Origin: Paragordius varius
Lineage: Eukaryota > Animalia > Nematomorpha
DNA length: 64,000 nt
Direction: 5' to 3'
Assembly (NCBI GenBank): GCA_964247055.1
Contig: OZ176056.1
Coordinates: 5,518,001 to 5,582,000, forward strand
Below, one piece after another: positions 39,298-51,170 of this stretch (its first letter is position 1; every line of letters starts with the position of its first letter). The translations under genes and the position numbers were made by a program. The notes under the pieces are model-generated. The model had not been told where the DNA came from, made no database searches, and saw nothing but the letters and a program-made list of their open reading frames with translations.

Positions 39298-40096
39298 CAG
39301 TAGCGTATGCAGTAAAAGATTGTTAGTGCAAAATAATCTTAATGAACACAAAACAGGGGGATATTATGGATATGTTTATAAATAGGACTGAATGATAATT
39401 AATATATGAAAATTGAGGACATTTGGTCGGCACATTTGGTATTGAAAAGCTAATACATAAATTTTTTGTAAGAAATATTTATGATGTTTTTTATTGAAAA
39501 TTTATTAAATGTTTATGAATACTCAGAGGAAAATGAAGCCACAATACCATATATTCAACAAACTTCTTGAAATGTATTACAGGATATATCCAATTTAGAT
39601 AACTTTACTAGAAGATTAGATGTTGTGAAAACTACAAAAAATAAAGAAATCTAAAAGTTTAGCAGTTAATAAGAGGTTAATAAATAATATAAGCAATGCA
39701 TTTAACAAGTAAACTTATGTAATTTATTTTTAACAAAGCCCTAAATTTTAAAAATATTTTAATATTTCACCTCACGCTTATTCAATTTTAAATAGATAGA
39801 GAAAAGCAAGTAATAATTTAAATAAAGATCTTGTATAATTTCTAATTGTGTTTGTATACAGTTCCATAATTCAAATCAGGAATGTTATACATGAAATGAA
39901 AAATAATATTTTTTTTATAAGAAAAATGTTTCACTAATATTTTTACAATTTTTCATCGCAATTTTACAAAAACCAAATGCGCATTTCATATACCAAGATT
40001 GTCCCCTGATTTTGTCTACACTATCCATAATATCCCCCTGTTTTGTGTTCATTAAGATTATTTTGCACTAACAATCTTTTACTGCATACGCTACTG
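39298..40096. mobile_element. TA-flanked MITE with perfect 75-bp TIRs
   Basis: 39298-39372 is the exact reverse complement of 40022-40096 (CAGTAGCGTATGCAGTAAAAG...), with TA on both sides. Confidence 0.9.
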
Positions 40097-40125
40097 TATC
40101 TCATAAATTCATAAATTTACATTTA

Positions 40126-40523
40126 CAGTGGCGTATGCAGTAAAAGATTGTTAGTGCAAAATAATCTTAATAGGGGGATATTATGGATATAATAACAGTT
40201 GTTAAAATCCGTAATATAATGATAAATGATAATTAAATAGAATTAAATGAAATTATAAATAGAAATTATAAACGATATGTGAAACCCTTCGTCAATAGTA
40301 ATCGCAGACTAGTTTCGTGCTTGTTAGCACTCATCAGTACGACACAACTATTTGACTTGGGGTTTTCACATATCGATTTCGTATATATATCCAACTCTAA
40401 ATCTAGGCTCACCCCTAGAGTTAATTTTCAGTTTATTTTCAAATTTTCAGTTTAATTTTCATAAATTTCATTAAATTTAATTTAAAATTTCGCACTAACA
40501 ATCTTTTACTGCATACGCTACTG
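40126..40523. mobile_element. Second MITE with the same TIR but unrelated interior
   Basis: TA|CAGTGGCGTATGCAGTAAAAGATTGTTAGTGC ... GCACTAACAATCTTTTACTGCATACGCTACTG|TA. Confidence 0.85.
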
Positions 40524-42960
40524 TATTAATAAGAGCATTATAATTATGAGTAGGCCTTCTTTGTCATATAAAATGCATTCAGGCGGGATTAATGCAGAAA
40601 ACATTTTTTTATAAATATAGTTACGCCGAAATGGTCGCCTGCAAAACACACAATAACTTCAAAGAAGATAAAAGAAATTCCTTAAAATTAGTTTACATTT
40701 GAGGGGCATCGGTATAATACATACATATTTGTAATACTAAAAAACACACTTTAAAGAAATTTTTCCACATTTCTTATAGAAAATTCTTTTAAAAACGTAT
40801 ATTGTTATAATGAAATGCATAAAAATAGGTTTTTTACCTCATTCATGGCAAAGAGACATGTTTATACCACATTTTTTAAGTTTGCTCAATTTATAAAATT
40901 TAATTAGTTTTGTGATTTATATGTAGCAAAATTATATAAAATCGATTATTTTAATTGCTGATAAAAATATCCGCTTAATTTGATCAAATATATAATAATT
41001 CCTTAGTTTTTAGGTAAGGGGTAGGTAATTTGATTAAATTTAAAGTTTTAAAAATTTATCACACATATTATTCTAAGGCTGCTCAATTTACAATAATTAA
41101 CGTGTAAATATTCTAATGTAGAATTATATTACATTTTCCAAAATTTTATTGCCTTTTTTAAATGTTGATTATATAAATCCATAAATAAAATAAAATTAAG
41201 CTTAGTTAAAAACTTATTTCAATATTCATTTTTCCTTTTTTCATAAGAGTTTTGAGGTAGAAATATACCGAACTGAAACATGTAATTAAATACTGTTTTA
41301 TTTAAAATTTATTTAGTAAAACAAGGTTTTACTGTATTAGAATAAAAGCCTATATTTTTTGCATTCTAACTTCTAGAAATTTAGCACCAAACACAATTGT
41401 ATACGACACTTTTTCACGCTTCAAAAATGGGCTTAAATTTTCAAATTTTCGAAAAATAAAAATTTGCTCAAATAATTTATTTATAGCAAAACTTGTTGTC
41501 CTTCATACTATTTTGGTTTGAAACAATATAAAAACACACTAATTATAACAATTTTTGTAAATTTGTTAAGGCTTATCATTTCTATCACCTCAGAATAAAA
41601 TATTTGTATTTCTATTAAATTAATTGTGACCTGTTTTTCTACAACACTCTATTTAATAGCAAATGAAACTCTAAATTTAAGAGGTGTTAATGTTCAACAT
41701 ATAAGAAATTATATAGAAAAGGTATTTTTCAAGTGTTTTAATACCGTTACCTTCATGCCTCAATTAGTATGTAGTACGTGTATTTGTTTATTATTTTATA
41801 TAAAAGTTTTTCAGATTTTACATATATTGAAAATTCTATCAGGTAATCCCGACATTTTTGCGTATTTAAGAGAGCTAGTCTATTTTAGAAGGGCAAAAAA
41901 TGGGAACTCAACTACATCTTATATAAAATTAAAAAAATGTTTTGCTTTTTATATGTAGTTTTGGATAAATTTTAGTGATATTTTTGTGAAGCATTTAGCG
42001 TTTTCCAAAAAAAAATAAAAAAAAGCGCGCAAATTTTTCCATTCCTGATATGGAGCATTTATAACAATGTAAATAGTCCTCTCATAAGGGTTAAAAGGAA
42101 AAGCTACCTAATATATGCATTTTCCTATGAGAATATATATATATATATATATTATCAGGATTTTTAATGTGCATTGTGTAAATGATGTTGTAATTTGCTG
42201 GGCGGCGCATATTTAGTAGCGCCCTCTGATGTAAAAAAAGTAAAGCATAAACTTATGAATATAAAATTTCCGCTCACCTATTATATCTAGGCTAGAGCAC
42301 ATATATCTAGCCCTTCTATACAGTCTGTTGTTAGGTAAAATTCAAGGTCAAATCCCAACAAGGTAGCATTTCACTACAATTAAAGCCAGTATTTAATAAT
42401 CGACTTATATTTTATCACCGAACAGTTCAAATTAACCCTTGAACATTTCGAATTCACCTCAAACAAATTTACTCTTGAAAATTTTAAATTAACCTTTAAA
42501 CATTACCGATTTCTCCTGAAATAAATTGTGTATTGGGCTAAAACTCATATTGATATAAAATATTTTAATGGTGTTTATCTTTTTTATTATGTTAATTTAA
42601 AAAAAAATTTATTTCATAACAATAATAGGTAAATTTTAATTCACAAAAACATAAGAATTATTATCATGTATTTGATCATCTGAATTATGGGAATTAGTGT
42701 TCAAGGGTGAATCGTAAATGGTATAAAACAGGTATTCCCAACAGGAATGGCTTTGCATTTCCAAAAAACCTAACGGCCGCATCGCAAAATAGCATCAACA
42801 AATATTTTATATGATTTTTTATATATGACTGTTAAATTTACTCTTTATTTTAACATTTTTTGCTACATTGTCAAAACTTGGGAAAATCTATCGAAAAATT
42901 TGATTAAGAGATTTAGTTTTGCTTAGATACCGTATAATTTGGTATTTAAAATTTCTAGCA

Positions 42961-44304
42961 GGCTGCCCAGATACAGTCATGTCTTTATTTTTATCAAAAA
43001 TTTATTTTTTTTCGTTGAATGGGTAAAAATATTTGGTAAAAAATAGAAAAACAAGAGCTCTATGGTATTAACCATATCACATTCATCAAAATAGTAAAAG
43101 AAGTGTGGGGAAAGGGCGTCGAAAATCATTGGTAAAAATAAAAATTAACTAACAACTACTTCACTCAAAATTATTGTATAAGTTGGGAAAATCGTAATTT
43201 TTATCTCAATTATATTGTTTTGATATGGGAACGAAAAGGATATTCGCGATAGGTAATACCTTCATATTTAATATGATTTTTTCAAAAAGTTTTAATTGAT
43301 GTTTCAAAAAAAACTAAGGTTATATAAAATTTTAACCATCATTTATTGTAAGCATCAAAGATTTCGTTTTTCTTTGATCGTACAGTACGATATGAATATA
43401 ATTCTCAAATACATTATGCCTTTTTTAAATAGTTATCATAGAAAAAAACATTCAAATGGGTTAAATAGAGCTAAACTGCTATATTCATATGATTTTTAAA
43501 TTTCCCAAAATAGAGCATTTTAGTATGAAACGCATTCATTTCGATAATATTTTTTATAAACGCTATATAATCAATATTCATTTACTATGTTTTCCCTTAT
43601 ATATAATCATTTGCACTTCAAAAGTGTCCTTGAACTCTTCAAGTTGGTCCTTGAACATTTCAAGTTGGTCCTTAAACAGTTCAAGTTGGTCCTTGAACAG
43701 TTCAAGTTGGTCCTTAAACAATTCAAGTTGGTTTTTGAACAGTTCAAATTGGTCCTTAAAATTTATGAATTTTGATTTAATCATAATTTTTGCATTTATT
43801 TTTTTTATTTTATTATTTATTAACCTAATTTTCTTTATTTATTATATATTTATTCATGTAAAAATAAAATTTTTTAACCACTTTTTTGTTTCAAACTATT
43901 TTTTTTCAATTAAATAAAATTATTGACTTTTAAATGTTTGTAATGATAAAAGTTTAATTAATAACCCAGAAACCCTATATATTTTTTTATTTCGTGGTAA
44001 AATCTTATAAATATCCAAAATTATTTACAGAAATTAATAAGGATATACGGTTTTTTAAAAATTAAGAGTTTATATCGATTTAAAATTCATGTTAAATAAT
44101 AGAAAAAAGGTTAAAAACAATAAAATAGATGAATGATTTAGGATTGATTGATAAAAGTTAAAAACAAAACAAAAAAGTCAGACCAACTTTAAGTGTTCAA
44201 GGACCAACTTGAAATGTTCAAGGACAAAATTGAACTGTTCAAGGACTAACTTGAATTGTTCAGGGACCAACTTGAAGTGTTTAAGGACACTCTTGAAGTG
44301 TAAA

Positions 44305-44343
<39 letters not shown>

Positions 44344-44742
44344 ATTACATCCTTATATTTAGTACTTTATAATGTTTGTTTTATTCATTATTAAATATAT
44401 ACAATAAATATTTTTTTACCTATATAAAAATTACTATTTACGTGGTTTATTGTTTTGTTTAAAATAAAAAATTTTCAAAAAAATAGTAATAAAATTTTTC
44501 CAAAAAATTAATTAAATATTACCATTCCCCTTTAACAATATTTTAAGATTTTCATTTTTTTACCAAAGATTTCCGACGCCCTTCCCCAACACTTCTTTTA
44601 CTTTTTTAATGAATATGATATGGTTTATACCATAGAGCTCTTGTTTTTTTCCATTCTTTACCAAATATTTATACCTATTTAATGAAAAAAAGTAAATTTT
44701 TAATAAAATAAAGGATACATGACTGTATTTTGGAGGGCAGTG
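42961..44742. mobile_element. Foldback-like element with long inverted arms and 21-bp tandem arrays
   Basis: 42961-43160 is inverted at ~44540-44742. The TTCAAGTTGGTCCTTGAACAG array (7 copies, 43617-43763) is inverted at ~44180-44300. Confidence 0.8.
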
Positions 44743-44953
44743 TATTGTAAACCCCTGGTATAAAACATATGAAACTTTTAAAAAAGGTATTTGGAATTTT
44801 ATTCTTTTGTCAATATTGTACTACATACAATTAGCAGTCTCGTTGTATAAATAATGTATGTTGCTCTTTATACAATTAGTAAAAATAACGTAATAGAAAG
44901 GATAAGGAACTCCATGTTGTAAAACAGACACAATAAACAAATAACAAAATTAC

Positions 44954-45083
44954 CTTTAAATAAAGGACAGAAATTCCACACATGCAAAGCACCTTTGCTA
45001 GAAAATTGACCAAGTGCCACTTCAAGAGAAAATAGGTATACGACATACAAAGAGCATTAGCCAGTATGGGATTAAAAATGCGC
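44954..45083 (-). pseudogene. SLC6 copy B, TM2 exon with frameshift
   Basis: [19 protein letters not shown]/frameshift/[25 protein letters not shown]. 130 bp where the phases require 132. Confidence 0.9.
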
Positions 45084-45117
45084 CTATACATTGGATTCAA
45101 TCATAAATATAATTAAC

Positions 45118-45151
45118 CTCCGCCATTTCGGTAACAAAGACCGACAGTGAA
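45118..45151 (-). pseudogene. SLC6 copy B, remnant of TM1 exon
   Basis: FTVGLCYRNGG|GT. The upstream part is replaced by repeat sequence. Confidence 0.75.
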
Positions 45152-45154
45152 TAA

Positions 45155-46330
45155 GCCCTTTTGAGAATTAGGACCTCAGTTTTGCCCCACCCAGGTAAAA
45201 ATGAGTTTTAAAACTGATAGATTAGAATACATCAATTTAGATCTTAGACGAGACCATTTATATATAAGATTTGAATACATTTTAATGACCTTTTATATAT
45301 GAGTTAAACTAGTGTATCAATTTTGTATTTAACCTGTACACGTTATTTTACCTTGGTTTAACATGTAAATATTATATTCACAAAAAGTATATAAACATCG
45401 CAAACTGTATATAGTTTAGTCTTTGCATTCACTCCTCTGAGTATCAATTATGTACTCTTTTCTGATACCCTTTTCTATTTCTCTCTTATTGTTTTACGGT
45501 TTCTCGATTTACTACAAAAACAAAGCCCTAAGGTTTGAAAGACATTTCCGACAAACGTGTGGGCCCATTCGGTTTCATGGACCAGGGTAACTAAGCCCTT
45601 TTTTGAATTAGTCCCTCAGTTTGGCACGGCACTTATGAAAAATGGGATTTTTTGGAAGGTGTTGGCTTTGGGTCATGATTTCGGAAAACGTATGGACCTA
45701 GTCAGTTTCAATAGTGTATTTTTATCGTTTTACAATTGCGCCGAATTGACTAAGCCCATTTTATCACTCCCTCAATTTAGCCCCGTTTGAAGTATTTTTT
45801 ATAAAACGTGTGGGCCCATGCGAGCTAAAAAGTGCTATTTTTTATTATATATAAATGCGCTAAAGGTGATACCATTTTTTATATTAGCCCCTCTATCCCC
45901 CGTCCAAGGAAAAATCATTTTATTCAATAAATATTGGCTATAAAGCACATTCCAGAAAAATGGCCTATTCAGTTTATATAATTTTTTTAATGCTTTATCA
46001 TTCTGACTACGGTGCTGAGCCCTTTTTTTGAATTAGCCTCTCAATTTTCCCCCGCCCATGTATTAGTTATTTTTAAACAGTTGGGGGCTTTGACACCCGA
46101 TAAAAACGTGTGGCCGCAGTTAATTTTAAATCTATATATTGAATTTCTACGAAAGTTAATGTAGGTTTTTTACGTCCCTCAATTAAGCCCCGTCTGTTTC
46201 TTTCACAAAATTGACTTTAAAACAGTTTTCCTGTAAGATTGCGATCCCAGAATCAAAATTAGAAATATTTTAATTATATAAATGCGCCTCCGACCGCTGT
46301 ACTTTTTCTCTTTCAATCTTGCAATGTAAA
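45155..46330. repeat. Diverged relative of the Helitron-like module family
   Basis: Recurrent GTGTGG(G)CC and AGCCCTTTTTGAATTAG motifs at ~45560, 45810 and 46110, resembling the 5' part of the 30/47 kb elements. Confidence 0.45.
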
Positions 46331-46678
46331 AACGAAGTTTTCTATAATTATAGATTTTGAAGCATTATAATTAATTTAACAATAAAATATTGATTATTAA
46401 TATAAAAGTCAAGTATACTATATTTGAAAAATATTGGCTCCTGGGTTATACTCCACTCGATGTTAGCTAATGTATTATTTTTTTTAATTACGATAAATGC
46501 ATGTGTTTTCCTTTGCTTTAAAATCAAATATGATTATTTTTGTATGAGAGTTGTAACTGCCTCTGGATATTAAAACACAAAGCATTGGAAGATTATTATA
46601 AAGTTTAATACATTCTTGGAGTTATTATTCTAATTATTTGTGTATTAAATCGGAACTATTCTTGATGATGTTATATAC

Positions 46679-49600
46679 CAGGGGTGGCCAAACGTTAGAC
46701 CGCGGTCGACTTCATGACCGCCTGAAATTTTTTACAAAAAATGGAAAAAATATTTTTGTAGAGAATTTATTTCCGCAAAATTATAATTTATTTTTAATTT
46801 ATTTTTATTTTGTGTTTAAAAATTTACTTGTTAATAAAAAATATATTTAACTACGTTAATTTATTATTTTATTAATAATAAATTTAATATATATATTTAA
46901 TCAAACTTTATATCATTTGTGATTTCCTTAGAAAATATTAGTATAATTAAAACTTCAAGTCAGAAAAATGTTAAATATTGTCATGGAAATGAATGGAAAG
47001 ATTATTTTTTAATCTATATATTTAAAATTGAAAATGCTGGCTTTGTTATCTATGTCGAAAAAATTAATCATTGATGGATGGCCCAGCTTCGCCCTTTTTA
47101 TAAATTAGGTTCCCAGTTCGGGCCCACCCCGTGTAAAAAACGGTTTTTTTCGAAACATAAGTCCAAAAAATCGTGTCTTTGCGACAATTTTCCGAAAAAC
47201 ATGTTGGATCATTCGATTTAAAATATAATTTTTTTGCTCATTTTCGATTGCGCCCAACGTCGGCTCGCTTTTTTAATTTAGGACTCTTTTTTACCCGCTC
47301 CCCCCCGTAAATGCCATTTTTTTCAAAAAAATTAAGTCCATAAAAATAATTTTTTAAATTTAATTTTTGCACAAGGTAAGACCATAAATCAATACTTATC
47401 TCTTTTAAAAGGCAAGAGTTTTATTCGAGCGTTTCTTTTTTATTGGTTGCCGGGTAAGGAGATACCCGCTAAAAACAGTCCCGTCATATCGAAATAGCGT
47501 GTCTTTACGGCTAAAATTTTGAAAACCTATCAGGCCATATGAGTTCAATAGTGCTTATAATAATACCCGTAACAAGGCAAATATTTAGCGTGTGGTTTTT
47601 TAAAATTAGCCGTTAATTAAGCCCTTTACGCCCTAAAAAATGCGCCACCATATAATGATTTTGCAGTTCTGAGTCAATTTTTCCAAAAATTATGAGACCA
47701 TATGAAATCAATCATATTTCCAGGTATTCTCCGTAAGCGCTTTTTATCAGCCTATGGGTAGGGAGCTACCCACCTAAAACTTTGGCTACCACGAAATTCT
47801 GTTGTATACGAGTTAATTTTCAGAAAACCCATCAGGCCATATAAGTTTAATAAGGGCCTGAAATATTACCCGTAAAAAGGCAAATATTTAAGTCGGGCGT
47901 TTTTTAAAATTAGCCGTTAATTTGGCTTTTTACGCCCTAAAAAAGGGTATCATATAGTTTTGAAGCCATTTTTCCAAAAACTATTAAGAACATATGGAAT
48001 GAATGATGATTTCAGGATTTTCAAAGGTTTTTTTATCGATTGTTTTTTATATTGGCCAATGGGTAGGGGGCTACTTGCCTACAACTGCGCAACCATATCG
48101 ATACAGCGTGATTTTGGAGGCAAAAAAGCTTATCAGGCCATATGAGTACAATAAGGGTGAAATATTATCCATAAAAAGGCAAAAATTTAAGTAGAGCTTT
48201 TATTAAATTACCCCTTAATTAGACCCTTGCCCTGAAAAATGCGCCACCATAGAACGTTAATTTTTAAGCAATTTTTTGAAACGAGAGCATTTGGAATAAA
48301 TCATGAATCCATGTATTACCGGAATTAAAGCAAAAATTTTAATCAATACCCGCGTAAAACTGCGTCATATCGAAATATGCCTTTATAGCCAAATTTCAGA
48401 AAACCTATACTTATAGGAACGTATGGAATCCATGATATTTCCAGAAAATCCCCATATAAAGGCAAAAACTTTGCCCAACGCTTTTTTATACCTGCCCCTG
48501 GGTAGAAGCAACCGCCAAAAACTGCCCCACTATTAGAAATTGCGTTGTTTTGGATCTAATTTACAGAAAATTTGATGTAGCCATAAGAGTTCATTAAAAG
48601 CTTGAAATATTTATTAGCCGTTAATTTAGGGCCTTTATGCCCTAAAAATACGCCATCATATAATGATTATTTAGGGTTGAGGTATTTTTTCGTATAGTCT
48701 CTTAGACGATGGTATCAAAAATGATCCAAATATTTTCCTTATAAAGGCAAAGAATATAACCCAGCGCTTTTCCATATGGGTCTATGGGTAGGGGTCAACC
48801 GGTTTATAACTGAGACGCCATACAATAACTCGAAGCTTGACAGGGCTAGATAGTAATGCATATAATTGTATTTGTTTAATATGATACTCCATCGTGGCTT
48901 TGCCCTAAAAAGCATATGTGACATCTTAATACGCTTATGAACTATCAAAAATACACAGATATTTGCAAATTAAAAAAAGCTATTGTAGGAGCAAGAAACA
49001 CAGCAAAAATTTAAAAAAAAATATAATTGCAAATTACCGGATATCAGAAATCGATTAAAAACAACAAATCTCTTTAGGACGAATTCGTAAAGACGCTTTG
49101 ATTAATCTGAATGTATGAAAATTAAACAAAAAGCATAATGGAAACAAAAGCTTTTCCCTATCTAGAAGCACTACGAAGAGGTGATGATCTAAGAATCTTA
49201 CCATAATTTTAAATGTAAATCTTGTATATTTTTGGCCTCAATTAAAAAGTCTACCGATTACGTTGGAATTCCAAATTTATGGGTTTTTATTGACATGATC
49301 TTCCACGACATGCTTTTAACTAAGTAACAAAACTGCAGCGCGACATTCTTTTCGATTTAATGGAATTTCCATTCAAAACCTGGTACGCCATAACATAAAA
49401 TCTGGCAAAAATATTTGCCAAGAGCTACAAATCCATTTTTTACTTCAATTCTAAAATCCGTCGCAATATGTACAGTTAATTATCTATTTTGTAATTTATT
49501 ATATAATGTTAATGTTTTAGTCTATGTACTGATTGTGGCAATCAGTGCTCTTCTGAACCAGCTAGTTATGTATTTTAATAATAACATTAATAGGTCAAAA

Positions 49601-51170
49601 ATAGCTAGTCACCTCAATCTGTAAATAGACATCTAAATATTTGTATCATTTGTGGTTAAGTGATAAATGAATTTTGCTTAAAATCATATCGCGTGAAATT
49701 TTCTAGCAAAAAATTAGCCCGGGGAGTTGGTCCCCTCTGTTTACAATATATCCAATTCAGATGATCGTTTACTAATCCCCCCCCCCCCCCCCCCAAAAAA
49801 AATGACTAATAAATGGTTTCACTTTTTTATTTGATAAATTCCATAAAAGAAATCAAATTGAATAAAAAAACATTAACTTTCTCAACATGTACTCGACGCA
49901 TTGAAGATTTTAAATATATTTTCAACAATACTTTATTGGAACTGAAAAATTACAAATATTTTAGTATTTCTATTGTTTCTAGCACTGATATTGGTTCAGG
50001 ATCTCACGTGCGCTCTTCGTGAGATTTATATATATATATATATATATTGTATATGAAAAAATTGGTTTCGATCTCGACAGATGACTCTATGATTGATAAA
50101 AAAGGATTTATTCATATTTTGAAAAACAAATATAATTTGCAAAATATTTATCCTTTCACAGCTTTATTCATCAGCAGAACTTGGTTTCGCATGTAAAAGA
50201 TGAATCACCCAATTTAATAATTAAAACGGTTGTGGATATAGTTAACCGCATCCATGGCAAAGAAATCAACCGCGGTAACATAAACCTTCTGAAAGATATC
50301 CACAGTGAATTTGATTATATTCTTTTGTACACCGCTGTGAGATGGCTAAGTTTTAGCAAAGTATTAAGATTTTTTGTTTTAAAACATGAAATTCGATTTA
50401 CGGTAACGGGAAGTTTGACAAATTAATAGTCACAGTTTTATTAGCCTACTTTTGCGACATTGCTTTTAAAATTTGTATTTTTAATATAAGTCCTCAAGAG
50501 AGAAAAATAATAACCCAATTTACTAATCAAATATTAGCTTTTAAAGAAAAATAAATGATATATTAAAAAGATTTAAAAAATAAGTATTCATGTAGAAAAT
50601 AAGCGCGGAAATTAAATAATAGACAATTATTCATTTTGATCATGAGACAAAACTCAGATTTCGAGAATTAAGAAATATTAAAAAATGTTTTAAACTCGTT
50701 GAGAATCCATGGTATATGGATACATCCAATATTATGCAACTAGATCATTTTTATCAGGCACATATCATTAAAGTCGTATATTTTGGATATGATTCCAATT
50801 TTGAGGCTATGTTCAAGGAAAATCGTAGAGAAGAAAAATATGTAGAGTTTTGGCAAGATCTGCCAAATAAATATGAATATAAAATGTGCTCAAGTTATCC
50901 TAACTGTTTTTCCCTCAACTCACACGTGTGAAACGGCATATTAAAAATGAAGTATGCCAAGAATATACACAGAAATCGCTTAACCGATGATCATATGAAC
51001 GACGTATTAAAATTGGCCGTCATGAGACGAAATCAAATTTGTCAAAAACTATTGGTTAATATCAAAATAGATGTTGTAAAATATTTTGATTTTTTAAACT
51101 AAATGGTGCAAACCGAGTTTTTAGCAGGATGCGATCCGCAAAAAATTGTGCTGATTTAGATAAATATTTT
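46679..51170 (+). mobile_element. Degenerate hAT (Buster/SPIN-type) transposon, interrupted by a Helitron
   Basis: Left TIR CAGGGGTGGCCAAAC. Remnants SLSRSTTKR (~49155), KKSTDYVGIPNLWVFI (DESTD-equivalent), LYTAVRWLSFSKVLRFF (50181-50426) and KMKYAKNIHRNRLTDDHM (dimerisation domain). Confidence 0.85.
47013..48853 (+). mobile_element. Complete non-autonomous Helitron-like element
   Basis: A|TCTATATATTTAAAATTG 5' end and CGAAGCTTGACAGGGCTAGATAG|T 3' end (A^T target, no TSD). Internal ~300-bp modules. Confidence 0.85.

Larger units (their letters stand above)
2865..45151 (-). pseudogene. SLC6 family transporter pseudogene (copy B), 13 exon remnants TM1-TM12
   Basis: Eight of the 11 shared exons have exactly the lengths of copy A (133, 135, 104, 113, 132, 100, 107, 177 bp). 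It carries frameshifts in the TM2, TM3, EL2 and TM7 exons, an in-frame TAA in the TM10 exon and a truncated TM1 exon. Confidence 0.92.

Noticed and set aside
43489-43917. ORFs with heptad repeats (FKDQLEL, LNSSSWS, FKLVLEQ) suggesting a coiled-coil protein
   Set aside because: They are three readings of a 21-bp minisatellite in a TIR arm. The inverted copy exists at 44.2 kb and there are no splice or gene features.
49380-49470. SLC6 TM1-like text on the minus strand (VALGKYFCQILCYG)
   Set aside because: It is antisense to the hAT transposase remnant, lacks WRFP, and the real TM1 remnant is at 45118-45151.
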